Shown here: positions 19,600 to 30,843 of the stretch, in pieces
Numbering within the stretch: position 1 is the stretch's first letter
Layout of the letters: every line of letters begins with the position of its first letter
Assembly (NCBI GenBank): GCA_963808625.1
Contig: CAWEHK010000008.1
Coordinates: 128,001 to 192,000 of the forward strand
Length of the DNA: 64,000 bases
Direction: 5' to 3'
Source: an uncultured delta proteobacterium
GTDB taxonomy: Bacteria > Desulfobacterota > Syntrophobacteria > Syntrophobacterales > Syntrophobacteraceae
Program-made: the position numbers and the translations under genes
Notes under the pieces: model-generated
Seen by the model: only the letters and a program-made list of their open reading frames with translations
What the model was told of the DNA's origin: nothing
Database searches by the model: none

Positions 19600-20040
19600 G
19601 TGGCATCGTTGTCGGAACGACGGATCATCTCTACCATGCGCGGACAGGGGATACCGCGCACCTTCGCTGATCGGAATTGGGAGCGGAAGAAGCTCAGCGA
19701 GGACCGGATTCGCGGCAAAGAGAAGCGGCAAAAGCAGGGTAAGAAGGCCCGCGACCATAAATTTCATGATTCTCCGCAGAGCTTCAGGTTCCATATCGAC
19801 GGATCGAAGTACTTTGTGGGGATTCCTGAATCGGACTGCAGAATATGCATGCTGTGGTCAAGGATGAACTGTCTTATCGCGGCAAAATCCGGGTCGGACA
19901 TCAGCCAGGATGAAGCTTTGGTGACTCGTGGTCCCACCATGACCATGAAACCTAAACTGGAGAGCAGAGTGAGGCAGATAAGAAGGGTCATGGCAGTGCT
20001 CCTTCTCACGCCGAAGATAGACTTCGCCGATGCAAGACGA
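19600..20040 (-). pseudogene. Deleted mosaic duplicate of permease / hypothetical / serine hydrolase genes
   Basis: About 19605-19632 copies 15690-15720, 19633-19775 copies 15975-16115, and 19780-19917 copies 16312-16450. 19925-20040 encodes the APC-like IFG...LLSSLGFMVMVGPRV. Confidence 0.8.
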
Positions 20041-20426
20041 ACGCGTTTATTCTTGCGGTCGCTGCCTGAATCATCTATAATGAACGGGATGGCTGTTTTA
20101 CTTTGCATGCTAGCGTGTAATTGAGCCCGGGGAATCCGAATCCTGGCAGCATAGTGCTCCTGAGGCTCCAACCAAAGGATACAATGCTGCCATCTCCATA
20201 TCAGGAGACTCGAATAGCAGCAAAGATCAAGATCCTCGCACCAGGAGATTTTCTCGAATTCACTCCCAGCGGTGCCATTTTTTGTGATAGATTTGAGTGC
20301 TCTTCAAAACAGTTTTAAAGATGCCGATGTTTGGTCTGTGGAGAGATTGTTGGCCTGGTCATTCTGGAGGGTCGGCAATGGTAGAGAGTGGGTTGCTTAC
20401 AAAACAAACTAATGAGGAGGTGCACT

Positions 20427-20607
20427 ATGAAAAGATTTGGGCTCGTATTATTGGTTTTCTTCTTTGCTTTATCTTTGGGTGGTTGCGCATGTGTGCAGAA
20501 GCAAGTAAAGGAGGGAGACCCCTGCTCCTGTGCAGGTAGTCCAAAAGGCCCCTGCGCCTGAGCCGGTCAAACCGCTTCCACCGCCGCCCAAAAAGGACCG
20601 CAATTAA
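20427..20607 (+). CDS. Small Pro-rich lipoprotein (one frameshift near 20512), missed by ORF track
   Basis: RBS GAGGAGG. MKRFGLVLLVFFFALSLGGC lipobox, then TPAPVQVVQKAPAPEPVKPLPPPPKKDRN*. Confidence 0.6.
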
Positions 20608-20712
20608 ACTGCCACCGGAGCCCTGCCCCGCTCATTGCTAAAACGCGAGGCAGGGCTGCTTACGATTATTGCTGGACGAGAGAAACATGCCGATTCGGCA
20701 CGCGACAAGCAT

Positions 20713-21543
20713 ATGGCGACAAGTGGAAAGAAGATTGGGCTGTGCGTTTTGGCGACATTGCTAGGCATGAAGCGCTCAGCAAGCATACGCTCGCTTGCGG
20801 CGACCATCACCAAAGGGCTTTGTCTTGGCTTGCTGGTCGTCAGTTTTACCCCCCACCAGGTTGCCGCTTCGGACAATGCTGCGCCATTGTCCAACCCGAG
20901 CCACTCATTGCCTGCCCATGAAGGTGCAACAGCCCTCCTGACGATTCAGACACCACCCGCGGTGGCGCCTCATCCCAGACGGGCGAACTTCGAACGCGAA
21001 CCCAAGTCGCGGAACGCCCAACGTGTGGCAGACTGGGTCGTCGATTCAGGTGACAATGGCGGCATGCCATTCGTGATTGTCGACAAGATGGACGCCAGAG
21101 TCTTTGTATTCGATGCCGATGGGCGAATTCGCGGCGCAGCCCCTGCCCTGCTGGGCCTGGCGCTGGGTGATGACTCCATTCCCGATATCGGCAACCAGAA
21201 GTTGTCGGACATTCGTCCTGAGCAGCGCACCACACCGGCGGGGCGCTTCGTGGCTTCGCTGGGCTACAATTTCAGCGGCAAGGACATCCTCTGGGTCGAC
21301 TACGACCTTGCCCTTTCCCTGCATCGCGTGATTACGTCCAATCCCACGGAGCGCCGCTTGCAGCGCCTGGCCACTGCAACGTCTCGCGACAACCGTATTT
21401 CCTTTGGTTGCATCAATGTTCCGGCGGAGTTCTACGATAACGTCGTGAGCCCTGCTTTTACCGGGACGTATGGCATCGTCTATGTGCTGCCGGAAACCCG
21501 GTCGAACAGCGAAATCTTCGCATCGTATTATGATGTCGAGTAA
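20713..21543 (+). CDS. L,D-transpeptidase-like (YkuD fold) protein; start uncertain
   Basis: FVIVDK..ARVFVF, TTPAGRF, SLHRV...RISFGCINV (His/Cys motif). Confidence 0.8.
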   Translation: MATSGKKIGLCVLATLLGMKRSASIRSLAATITKGLCLGLLVVSFTPHQVAASDNAAPLSNPSHSLPAHEGATALLTIQTPPAVAPHPRRANFEREPKSRNAQRVADWVVDSGDNGGMPFVIVDKMDARVFVFDADGRIRGAAPALLGLALGDDSIPDIGNQKLSDIRPEQRTTPAGRFVASLGYNFSGKDILWVDYDLALSLHRVITSNPTERRLQRLATATSRDNRISFGCINVPAEFYDNVVSPAFTGTYGIVYVLPETRSNSEIFASYYDVE

Positions 21544-21707
21544 CCTTGGCCATGTCGCACCCGGCCTGCAAGTTTTGACAGCATTCTACTATCAGGAATC
21601 CTCATTGCGATGAATAACGTAACCCCCGTGGCTTAAAAGCAAGCCTGCGATCGGGTTCGACCTCAACGTCCCGCGACTGCTCGTCAGTCCGCATCTTGGC
21701 AGCTGGA

Positions 21708-24026
21708 TTAAAGGCGTGCTGCGAAGAATTTAAACCCGTTTTTGCCGCCCTCCGGGAGTTGCAGGCGTTCCGTGCCTTTACCCCGGGAATCCACCGGCCA
21801 CTGCAGGCCTTCGATGGGGATCTGTTCCGGGGTGACGCCGTTCAGTTCGCTAATGAACCGGGTGGCTTCGACAAAGGCCGCTTCTGGGGATGGCACCTGG
21901 AACTGCGGGCTGAGATACCCGAGCAAGGTGTTGATCACGTCAAAATCGGAAGGAGCTTCCTGCGGCGTGGCAAGGACCTTGTCGAGCCTCTGTAAGCGCC
22001 GTTCACAGTTGGTGGCGGTCCCGGTCTTTTCGACAAAAGTCGCAGCCGGCAGCACCACCTGAGCGTAATCGCAGGCTTTGGTTCGGTTGCAGTGCTGAAC
22101 GATCAAGAGTTCGAGGCGAGCGAGGAGCCCTTCAACCTTGAGCCTGCTCAGGCCCAGTTCAAACGGATCGATGCCTATCAGATAAAGGGCTTTGATCTCG
22201 CCTTTTTCGATCGCGCCAAACATTTCAGGCCAACTCATTCCGGCTTTTTTCGGAAACTCCGTCCCCCAGACCGTTGCCGCCAGTTTTCGGGATGCCGCGG
22301 CGGTTACCGGGCGGTAGCCAGGCAGGTACCCGGGGAGAGCGCCAAAATCAGCAGCCCCCTGGGAGTTGCCCGTCAGGCCCATGGCATTCACCCCGCCTCC
22401 CGGCACACCCACCGCTCCCAGGAGCATCTGCAGCGAGGCGCACATCTTGAAAAAGCCGTCGGACGCCGGCGAGTTTTGAAGATCAACGCCGTAGACCAGA
22501 CAGGCCGGGCGGCGGGAACCATAGAGACGTGCTGCCGACCGGATCTCGTCCTCGGGGAGACCCGTCTTCTCCACGATCTCGGCCATGTTCACTTTCTGCA
22601 GGCTGCGCTCGAGCTTGGCGAAATCCTGGGTGTATTCCTCGATGAATTTCCGGTCGTGGAGCCCTTCATCCACGATCACCTTCATCAGACCAAGGAGCAA
22701 TGCCGCATCGCCGCCTTCCTTGAGGGGCAGGTAGAGGTTCGCGGTCTTGGCCAACAACACGCGCGCCGCATTGGCGACGATCAGCGGAGCGCCGTCCCGC
22801 GCCGCCTTCCTCGCTCGAATGGCGGCGATGGCATGGTTTTCGAGGGTATTCGACCCCAGCGCCAGAATCGAACCTGCCTTGGCAATGTCATCGAGGCTAT
22901 TGGTCATGGCTCCCAGACCGAGGCTGTTCCCGAGCCCCTCGTAAATGGCCTGCTGCCAGGGGCCCCCAACGTTATCGATATGGTTGCTGAAAAGCGCGCA
23001 GCGGGCCAATTTCTGAGCAAGGTAGTATTCCTCGTTGGTGAGCATGCCCCCACAGATTACGGCAATGGCATCACCGCCGGCCTCGTCGCGGATCTTTCTC
23101 AGTGCGGACGCGGCGGTTTCCAGGGCGGTCTCTACGGAACATCCACCCAGTTCTCCCTTGTCGTTTCGGACTGCCGCTTCTTTGAGCCGGTCCGGGGAGT
23201 TGATGAAATCGAAGTTGAAACGGCCTCTTTTGCAGAGGGCCCCCCGGTTGGCCGGCGAACGAAAATCGCCGAGGACCCTGACGATCTTATTCTCGAAGCT
23301 GTCGTACTCCGCCCGGCAGCCGGATGGGCACTGCAAACAGATGGTGGAGGCCCGGTGCAGTTGCCAGGAGCGAGCCTCCCCGCGCCCTTTGCGGAAGCCG
23401 ATGGCATCCACGGGGCAAAAGTCGGCACAGTGGCCGCACATTTCGCAGCCCGCCTCCAGCAAGGGGAGATCGAAAGCCGTCGCAATGCGCTGATCAAATC
23501 CCCGACCGACTTTCGTCCAGATGTCGGCCCCCTGGATGTCGTGGCACGCCCGGATGCACCGCCGGCACAGGATGCACTTGTTCATATCGATGTGGAGGTT
23601 CGGGTTGGGATCGGAATCGACTTCGCGTTGGTGACGGGCACCCGCGTATTTTGTGGCCTTAACGGCGCAGAGGTGGGCCAGGTCCTGAAGTTCACACTCA
23701 CCGGTGGCGTAGCAGGTCATGCAGTCGTTGGGATGGTCGGAAAGCAGCAGGTCCATGATCGTGCGGCGCGCTTCGAGCACCTTCGGCGAATCGGTCTCGA
23801 TCACCATGCCGCTGCGGACCGGATAGACGCAGGCAGCCGCCAGCGACGACCAGTCCCCGCGCACTTCTTCCACCACGCAGATGCGACAGGCCTCTTCCAG
23901 CGGCAACCAGGGATGGTAGCACAGGGTGGGAATGTAGGTCCCGGCCTGCCTGGCGGCTTCCAGGATGGTGGTCCCCTTTTCGACCGTGACTTCCTGACCG
24001 TTGATCTTGAGTGTAACGTTTGCCAT
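21708..24026 (-). CDS. nuoG: NuoG-like / formate dehydrogenase alpha-like Fe-S subunit
   Basis: [2Fe-2S] C..C..C..C, HxxxCxxCxxxxxC, two ferredoxin CxxCxxC motifs, CxxCxxxC, then a molybdopterin-oxidoreductase fold lacking the FDH catalytic Cys/Sec-His (reads DNVGGPW). Confidence 0.8.
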   Translation of the reverse strand: MANVTLKINGQEVTVEKGTTILEAARQAGTYIPTLCYHPWLPLEEACRICVVEEVRGDWSSLAAACVYPVRSGMVIETDSPKVLEARRTIMDLLLSDHPNDCMTCYATGECELQDLAHLCAVKATKYAGARHQREVDSDPNPNLHIDMNKCILCRRCIRACHDIQGADIWTKVGRGFDQRIATAFDLPLLEAGCEMCGHCADFCPVDAIGFRKGRGEARSWQLHRASTICLQCPSGCRAEYDSFENKIVRVLGDFRSPANRGALCKRGRFNFDFINSPDRLKEAAVRNDKGELGGCSVETALETAASALRKIRDEAGGDAIAVICGGMLTNEEYYLAQKLARCALFSNHIDNVGGPWQQAIYEGLGNSLGLGAMTNSLDDIAKAGSILALGSNTLENHAIAAIRARKAARDGAPLIVANAARVLLAKTANLYLPLKEGGDAALLLGLMKVIVDEGLHDRKFIEEYTQDFAKLERSLQKVNMAEIVEKTGLPEDEIRSAARLYGSRRPACLVYGVDLQNSPASDGFFKMCASLQMLLGAVGVPGGGVNAMGLTGNSQGAADFGALPGYLPGYRPVTAAASRKLAATVWGTEFPKKAGMSWPEMFGAIEKGEIKALYLIGIDPFELGLSRLKVEGLLARLELLIVQHCNRTKACDYAQVVLPAATFVEKTGTATNCERRLQRLDKVLATPQEAPSDFDVINTLLGYLSPQFQVPSPEAAFVEATRFISELNGVTPEQIPIEGLQWPVDSRGKGTERLQLPEGGKNGFKFFAARL

Positions 24027-24041
24027 AGTGAATCTTCCTTT

Positions 24042-24896
24042 TTATTTCCTCTTTCGGCGCTGCCTCAGGGCCAGTTTTCGCTGGTGTTCAACCAGTGCTT
24101 TGCACACCCCGGCAGGGCATTCCCGCCGTTCAATGTGGGCCAGGAATTCATCTTCAAAATAGGTGATGGCGCTGAGGGCCGGACGCGAGCTGTGCATGGC
24201 GAACTCACAGTGAGGGAGAGTGATCATCGTCTGGCACAAAGCGCGAACCTGCTCCAGATCATCCAACTCCCCTTGACCGGCGACAATCCGGTCCATGCTT
24301 TCATACATCCGCTGCATGCCCAACCTGCAGGGAACGCATTTCCCGCAGGAAAGCCCCTTTTCGAAGTCGAGGAAATACTTGGCCACCTCGACCATGCACA
24401 CCTGGTCGTCAATCGCGGCCAGGAATCCGGTATCCCTTTCGTAATAGATATCGCTCCGGTAGGCCCGCTCCGGATTAATGGACAAATAGGGGAACAGGAT
24501 CCGCCCGTGGATGATCGTCTCATGAAGGATATCGGGAACATTTTCCGGGCTCACCCCGAGATAGAAGAACCCCTTCTGAGGAAAACCAAGGAAGGGTCCC
24601 GCCTGGCACCTTTCAGAACAGCCCGCTTTCGCGTTCCCCAAGGTGACCTCGAGTTGCAGCCTCGCAATCCCCTTGAGCAGGGCTTCACGGACGGCCTGGC
24701 AGCCGCATTCACAACCGGGCTTGGGACTGCAGACGGTGATGCAGGGCTTTTTCGACGCCGCGTCGCAGAAGCTTAGGATCTTCTTTTGCGCAGGTGCCTT
24801 CCCCGGACTGTCAAGCGGCGGCTCGGGACTCTTCTTCTCACCGGGAAACCACGGCTTCTTCGGCAATTCTCGCGTCAGGATTTTCAACAATCCCAT
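24042..24896 (-). CDS. Thioredoxin-like [2Fe-2S] domain fused to the NuoF C-terminal [4Fe-4S] domain (no FMN/NADH domain)
   Basis: C..C...GCSERCQAGP...Y.GV.PE.V..I, then CMVEVAKYFLDF...SCGKCVPCRLG...HCEF...F.DEF.AHI...CPAGVC. Confidence 0.8.
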   Translation of the reverse strand: MGLLKILTRELPKKPWFPGEKKSPEPPLDSPGKAPAQKKILSFCDAASKKPCITVCSPKPGCECGCQAVREALLKGIARLQLEVTLGNAKAGCSERCQAGPFLGFPQKGFFYLGVSPENVPDILHETIIHGRILFPYLSINPERAYRSDIYYERDTGFLAAIDDQVCMVEVAKYFLDFEKGLSCGKCVPCRLGMQRMYESMDRIVAGQGELDDLEQVRALCQTMITLPHCEFAMHSSRPALSAITYFEDEFLAHIERRECPAGVCKALVEHQRKLALRQRRKRK

Positions 24897-24946
24897 GATA
24901 CCAGCCTTTCAGGTTTATCCTTTTGCACTCACTGCAGCCCCTTTTC

Positions 24947-24996
24947 AACCACGAAGAACACGATAGCAGAAGAAATCACTTCGTGTTCTTCGTGGT
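24947..24996. repeat. ACCACGAA...TTCGTGGT palindromic repeat
   Basis: ACCACGAAGAACACGA...TCGTGTTCTTCGTGGT. Related copies at 53334-53390 and a half copy near 51917. Confidence 0.6.
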
Positions 24997-25027
24997 AAAA
25001 GAAGGCCTATCGTTATTGGACGCTTCC

Positions 25028-26449
25028 CTACGGCAAACTCCTTGCTGCAGCTTCGGTCAAAGCCACGAACTGATCGGGAAAGACTCCCAGATACACCATG
25101 GCAAGCACGAGGATGATACTGAGAGTGCGCGTCCAGGAATCCACAACAACCGGGGGATAGGGGTGGACCGGCTCCATGAGGTAAGCGGCCTTGATGACGA
25201 TCAAATAGTAGTAGAGGGAGATGGTCGCGTTGATCATGCCGATGATGACCAGAGCAAGATATCCCTTTTGGAGAGCGGCGGCGAAGACCAGAAATTTTCC
25301 GGTAAAACCGACCGTCGGCGGTATTCCCGCAAGCCCGAAGAGCCCCAGCATGAGGGTCATGGCCAGCAGGGGCGAGCGTTTGTGCAGGCCCGCCAGTTCC
25401 TTGATCTGAACATTGCGTCCATCTTCGGCAATTCTCATGATCACCATAAAACAGGCGTAGGTCATCACCAGGTAAGCGATGGCATAGTAGATGGCGCTGG
25501 CAAAACCACGCTGCGTCATGCTCAGAATGCCGATCATCATGTATCCGGCATGAGCGATACTCGAATAGGCCAGGAGGCGCTTGATGTCCTTTTGAATGAT
25601 GGCGACCAGGTTGCCGAAGGTCATCGAAAGGACGGAAAGGGCGACCAGCAGTTTGATCAGCACGTCGCTCTCGCCTCCTGAAAACCCCACAAACCGAATC
25701 ACCATCGCCGCCGCCGCCATTTTTGAAGCGGTCCCGATGAACGTGGTGACCTGGTTGGCGGCGCCCTGATAAACATCGGGGGCCCAGATGTGAAACGGGA
25801 AGAGGGCCTGCTTGAAAAAGAAACCCGAAAGCGCCAGGATCAGCCCGACAATGGCGGCCGGCTGGGTGATGACCGTGGGGAGCACCCTTACCACATCAAC
25901 GACATAGGTGCTCTTCACCATCCCAAAAAGAAGGCTGATGCCAAAAATCATGAAGGCGGAAGCGGTGACTCCGATCATGAAGTACTTGATACCGGTCTCG
26001 ACGTACTCGACGGCTCGCTGGCGCATGGGAACCAGCAGGTACAGAGAGTAGGAGGACAGCTCGATGGCAACATAGATGGTGAGGAGCTCGACCGCGCTGA
26101 CCAGCATCATCATCGCCAGGGTGCTGACCGACATCAGAAAATAGAATTCGGCATGCTGTTTTTCATCGATGCCTTTCAGCTCACTGCAGGAAAAGATGAC
26201 CCAGAAGGTCCCGAGAGCGAGAAGGATTTTGAAAAGCTGGCTGAAGAGGTCCACCCGGTAGGCATCGAAGAAGAGCATCCCTTCCTGGCGGGCGAAGAGC
26301 ACCGAAACCAGCAGACCCATCCCGGAGAGCGCCAGGGCCCAAATATAAAGGCGTCGCGGGTCGGCTCTATGGGACAGCGAAGCGCCGAAGAAGACGAGCG
26401 CCATCAATGCATAGAAAAGTTCAGGAACAAAAAGGACCCATGTCATCAT
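25028..26449 (-). CDS. nuoN: NADH-quinone oxidoreductase subunit N
   Basis: [48 protein letters not shown]. Confidence 0.95.
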   Translation of the reverse strand: MMTWVLFVPELFYALMALVFFGASLSHRADPRRLYIWALALSGMGLLVSVLFARQEGMLFFDAYRVDLFSQLFKILLALGTFWVIFSCSELKGIDEKQHAEFYFLMSVSTLAMMMLVSAVELLTIYVAIELSSYSLYLLVPMRQRAVEYVETGIKYFMIGVTASAFMIFGISLLFGMVKSTYVVDVVRVLPTVITQPAAIVGLILALSGFFFKQALFPFHIWAPDVYQGAANQVTTFIGTASKMAAAAMVIRFVGFSGGESDVLIKLLVALSVLSMTFGNLVAIIQKDIKRLLAYSSIAHAGYMMIGILSMTQRGFASAIYYAIAYLVMTYACFMVIMRIAEDGRNVQIKELAGLHKRSPLLAMTLMLGLFGLAGIPPTVGFTGKFLVFAAALQKGYLALVIIGMINATISLYYYLIVIKAAYLMEPVHPYPPVVVDSWTRTLSIILVLAMVYLGVFPDQFVALTEAAARSLP

Positions 26450-26468
26450 CGTCGCGTCATCTCCTGAT

Positions 26469-27953
26469 TCAGGCGGTCAGGCTGGCTACAAAGGGAATCA
26501 CGGCGCTCTGGATCACATCCAGCATCACCCTGGGAAACATTCCGAAGAAAAGAATCACACCCACCAGAATGATCCGCGGCGTAGCCAGGAACAGGGGGAC
26601 ATCCGGAATGTGCTCCCACCGCTCGTTCTTTTCGCCGTAAAAAGTCTTCTGCACGACCCGCAGCATGAACAGGGCACTCACAACCAGCCCCATAACCGCC
26701 AGGATGCCCCGCACCGGGTAGGTCTTCACGGCTGAAATGAAGACCAGCAGCTCCGCCCAGAAACTCGCCATGAAGGGAACGCCAATGCCGGCAAACGCGG
26801 CAATGATAAAGAAGGCTGAAGCCACGGGCATGGTTTTGGACAGTCCGCCGAGCTCCGGGATCATCTTGGTGTGGGTCCGGTCGTAAATGTAGCCGACGGC
26901 CGAGAAGAGGAGGGCCGTCATGACGCCATGGGCGAACATCTGAAACACGGCCCCGTTGATGCCGTTAACGGTCATGGTGGAGAGCCCCAGTCCGACAATC
27001 CCCATGTGGGAGACGCTCGAGTAGCCGATGACGTACTTCAGGTCCGTTTGCGCGAGTCCGACGAACGCTCCGTAGACAATGCCAATGGTTGCCAGCAGGG
27101 CCATCAAGTCGGACCAGTACTGGAGCCCTTCCGGACAAAGGGTCATGCCCAGGCGCAGGATCCCGTAGGCTCCCAGCTTCATCAGCACCCCCGCGTGGAT
27201 CATACTCACCGCCGTGGGCGCCGCCACGTGGCCGACCGGGGACCATGTGTGGAACGGCCAGACACCGGCCAGGATCCCGAACCCCAGGTAGAGCATCACG
27301 AAAGCGATCCGCTGGACCTCAGGGGAAAACCCGATCCTTGCAGCTCAAACAGGTCGAAAGTGCTCGTCCGCCCTGGACCCACAGGTAAAAATTGCCGGCA
27401 GGATCAGCGCGCTGCCCGCGAGCAGGTACAGGGTGAGCTTCATGCCGCCGTATTCCTTGCGCGTGCCGCCCCAGATGGCAATGAGCGGGTACATGGGGAA
27501 CAGCGACACGTCGTACCAGACGAAGATCCAGAAGAGGTCCATCGACATGAAGACGCCGTAAACCCCCGCCACCAGCAGAAACATGAAGGCGAAGAATTCT
27601 TTGACCCGGTGTTCCAGCTCCCACATGGTGAGCACGCCGGTAAAGAGCACCACTGAGGTGAGCAGCAGCATCGGGGCGTTGATGCCGTCGAGGGCGTTGA
27701 ACCAGTAAATCCCCAGGCTTTTCACCCAAAGAGAGCGCTCGACAAATTGCAGGCCGCCCTTCTGCGCGTCAAAGGCGCAGTAGACCCAGATGGCCAGGAC
27801 CAACCCAACACCGGCAAACCCGAGACTGACCTGTTTGACCAGTTTGGGGCGGTCATCCGGGATGAAAAGGATGGTCACCAGGCCGAGGATCGTCGACATC
27901 AAGATCGCTGTCAGGAAGGGAAAGTGTGCCATTTCCATCGAAGTCATAAGCAA
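26469..27953 (-). CDS. nuoM: NADH-quinone oxidoreductase subunit M (frameshift near 27330-27380)
   Basis: [45 protein letters not shown]. Confidence 0.93.
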
Positions 27954-28012
27954 GCCCGTCCGCTCTATTTATGTGGTTTTGTTCTTTCTCGACCCTCGTA
28001 ACGCTTCCTTCC

Positions 28013-30009
28013 TCATCTGGTAGGACCCAGTGCCCGCTCGATCCAGCGTATCCTTAGACACAAGAAATAGAGCACCACCAATCCGACTGCCGCAATCATC
28101 ACGAGCAGGTTGTACTGGAGCATTCCGGACTGCAGGAAGCTGAACAGGCGCCCGCTCTCGATGGTAAAATTGCAGATGCCGTCGATGCCGCCGTCGATGA
28201 TGCGCCGGTCGTTTCGCGTGAAGAGACTGGTGAGCCCGAGTAGATCGCGGTATCGAGGAACTTGCGCAGGAAGTCGTCCATGTACCAGCGACTGGCGAAA
28301 AGTTCCTCAACCTTCGGGAGCCACCGCAGGAAGCCCTCCTGCGTGGCCCTCTTTCGCCCAAACTCCATCCACGCCCAGACGATACCGCCAACCGCCATGC
28401 TCACCGCCCAGATCAGCACCATGTAGTGGCCGCGCCGTGACCTTCCGCGCCGCATGGCCGGCACCGCCCTCGGTGGCTAGTGCATGGGCCCCGGCGCAGC
28501 CTTTCCCATCAGGAAGTGCTCGAGAGGCTTTGGGAAAAACCGAGAACCAGCGTCATGCCTGCCAGAATCATCACGGGAACCGCCATGCACCAGAAATCGT
28601 AGCCATGATGCTCGCTTCGTGACTCCCATGGCCGTGTCGTTGGCGTCATGATGCGCGCCATGGGCTTCGATTCCGCCCTTGGGGAAGAGCATGAAGAAAA
28701 TCAGCCGGAAGCTGTAGTACGCGGTCATCAGGGCCCCGAGCAGCCCCGCCAGCAGCCAGATTTTGTTGGGATGCGCGGCCAGCACCCCGAGGATCGCTTC
28801 CTTGCTGAAGAATCCCGAGAAGGGGAAAATCCCGGAGAGCGCCAGGGCGCCGATGGTCATGCAGACCATGGGGATGGCGAGCTTTCGCCCGCCTTGCCTG
28901 CCGATCACCCGGAAGTCGTTGGTGTGGTATTCGTGGATGAAGATGCCGGAGCAGAGGAAGAGCAGGGCCTTGAACCCGGCATGGGTGGTCAGGTGGAAGA
29001 CCCCGGCGAAGTAGCCGCCGGCGGCCAGGGCCATGACCATGAAACCGAGCTGACTGACGGTCGAATAGGCCCAGACCTGTTTCAGATCGTAGGTCGCCAT
29101 GGCCATCGTCGAGGAGAGGAGCATGGTGATCGTCCCGATGGCCAGGGCCATGGCCATGGCTTCCGGCGATGCGGAATAGAAGGGAAAAATGCGGCTGAAC
29201 ATGTACACGCCGGCGGCCACCATGGTCGCCGAATGGAGCAGCGCGCTGACCGGGGTGGGGCCTTCCATGGCGTCGGGCAACCAGGTGAGCAGCGGAAACT
29301 GGGCGCTCTTGCCCATCACGCCGCCGAAAATGAGCAGGGCGGAGAGGGTGAGGAGGTACGGGGAAATGGCATGAGCCTGGGCGGCCTCGTTCATTTTGAG
29401 GATGCTCAGATTGCCGAAGCCGAGCAGCAGAATGATCAGTCCCAGGAAGAAGCCGATATCCCCGAGGCGGGTCATCACGAAGGCTTTCTTGCCCGCCTGC
29501 GAGGCGCTCCATTTTTCGTAGTAGAATCCGATCAGGAGATAGGATGCCAGACCGACCAACTCCCAGAAAATGAAGAGCTGGATCATACTGGGAGAGATCA
29601 CCATGCTCATCATGGCCCAGGCAAACAGCGACTGAAAGGCGTAATACCTGCTGTAGCCGGGATCACCCGCCATGTAGCCCAGCGAGTACACCTGCACGAG
29701 GAAACTGATGGCCGCCACGATGGTGAGCATGAGCAGGCTGAGCGGATCCAGGAGATACCCGAAAGGGATCAACAGCTTGTCGGCCAGCAGCCAGGGGAAC
29801 TGGTACTGCAGCGGGACGCCGGCGTCGTGCAAAGTGAGCAGGAGGTAGAGGGCACAGAGCAGGGAGGTCGTCACCGCCCCGATGGAAATGCCCGCAGAGA
29901 GCCGTTGATGGTGGCGCGTAAAGACCAGGATCGCAGCCATGGAGAGGAAAGGCAGACTGGTCGCCAGGGCTGCTGCCAACAAGACCGGATCTTTGAAGAA
30001 TGCTGTCAT
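28013..30009 (-). CDS. nuoL: NADH-quinone oxidoreductase subunit L (frameshifts in 3' part; end approximate)
   Basis: WELVGLASYLLIGF, GKSAQFPLLTWLPDAMEGPTPVSALLHSATMV, LQSGMLQYN. Confidence 0.93.
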
Positions 30010-30015
30010 AAAATG

Positions 30016-30324
30016 CTATCCCCTCAACTGCTGCGCCCGTTCCACGTTGATCGAATGGATCCTGCGGAACAGGGCCAGGATGATGCTCAGGCCGATGGCC
30101 GCTTCCGCCGCCGCCAGGCCCATCACGAACAAGGTGATGATCTGCCCCACCGCCGGTTCCGGCGCAAGGAAGCGATTGAAAGCCATAAAGTTGAGATTGG
30201 CCCCGTTCAGCATCAGTTCGACGGAAATCAGCATGCCGATAAGGTTCCGGCGCTGGAGGACTCCGAGGAGGCCCAGGCTGAACAGCGCCGCCGCGATAAC
30301 CAGATACGTGCCCAGCGAATTCAC
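30016..30324 (-). CDS. nuoK: NADH-quinone oxidoreductase subunit K
   Basis: RRNLIGMLISVELMLN...AAAEAAIGL. Confidence 0.95.
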   Translation of the reverse strand: MNSLGTYLVIAAALFSLGLLGVLQRRNLIGMLISVELMLNGANLNFMAFNRFLAPEPAVGQIITLFVMGLAAAEAAIGLSIILALFRRIHSINVERAQQLRG

Positions 30325-30836
30325 GAGCTCAACCTCCGCGTGAATCCGGCCGTCACAATCGAGCCGATGATGGCCACCAGCAAGACCAGCGAGATGACTT
30401 CGAACACCAGGTCGTAGCGGGTCAGCAGCAGGTGGCCGATGGTTTCAACCGACCAGTCGGTGCCGCGTTCGGCCGCCGGTGTCCATGCCGTTCGGAAGAC
30501 CACCCCAAGAATTGCCGCGAAGAAAAGGAAACTGGCGCATGCCGCCATGGCCACCTTCGGCACCGCTCTCTTGGGCACCTCCAGATGCAAGGGACGGGAC
30601 AACATGATGGCGAACACGATGGCGATGGTGATCGCTCCCACATAGATCAGCAACTGCATCAGGGCGATGAAGAAGCTTCCGAGGTAGAGGTAGAACCCCC
30701 CCACGCCGGCCAGAGCCAGGGCCAGCCCGAGGACGTTATAGAGAATGTTGCGCGGAAAGACCGCGATGGCCGCGCCCCCAAAGGTGAGGCCGACAAGCAT
30801 CCAAAAGGCCATCTGAGCAAAAGCTTCGGTGTTCAT
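30321..30836 (-). CDS. nuoJ: NADH-quinone oxidoreductase subunit J
   Basis: QLLIYVGAI, FEVISLVLLVAIIG. Confidence 0.95.
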   Translation of the reverse strand: MNTEAFAQMAFWMLVGLTFGGAAIAVFPRNILYNVLGLALALAGVGGFYLYLGSFFIALMQLLIYVGAITIAIVFAIMLSRPLHLEVPKRAVPKVAMAACASFLFFAAILGVVFRTAWTPAAERGTDWSVETIGHLLLTRYDLVFEVISLVLLVAIIGSIVTAGFTRRLSS

Positions 30837-30843
30837 GAGTAAG

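Noticed and set aside
22092..24776. 894-aa plus-strand ORF (also 8535-9899, 28648-30417, 31981-33759, 62200-63552)
   Set aside because: Antisense shadows of well-supported minus-strand genes in GC-rich DNA, with no motifs.
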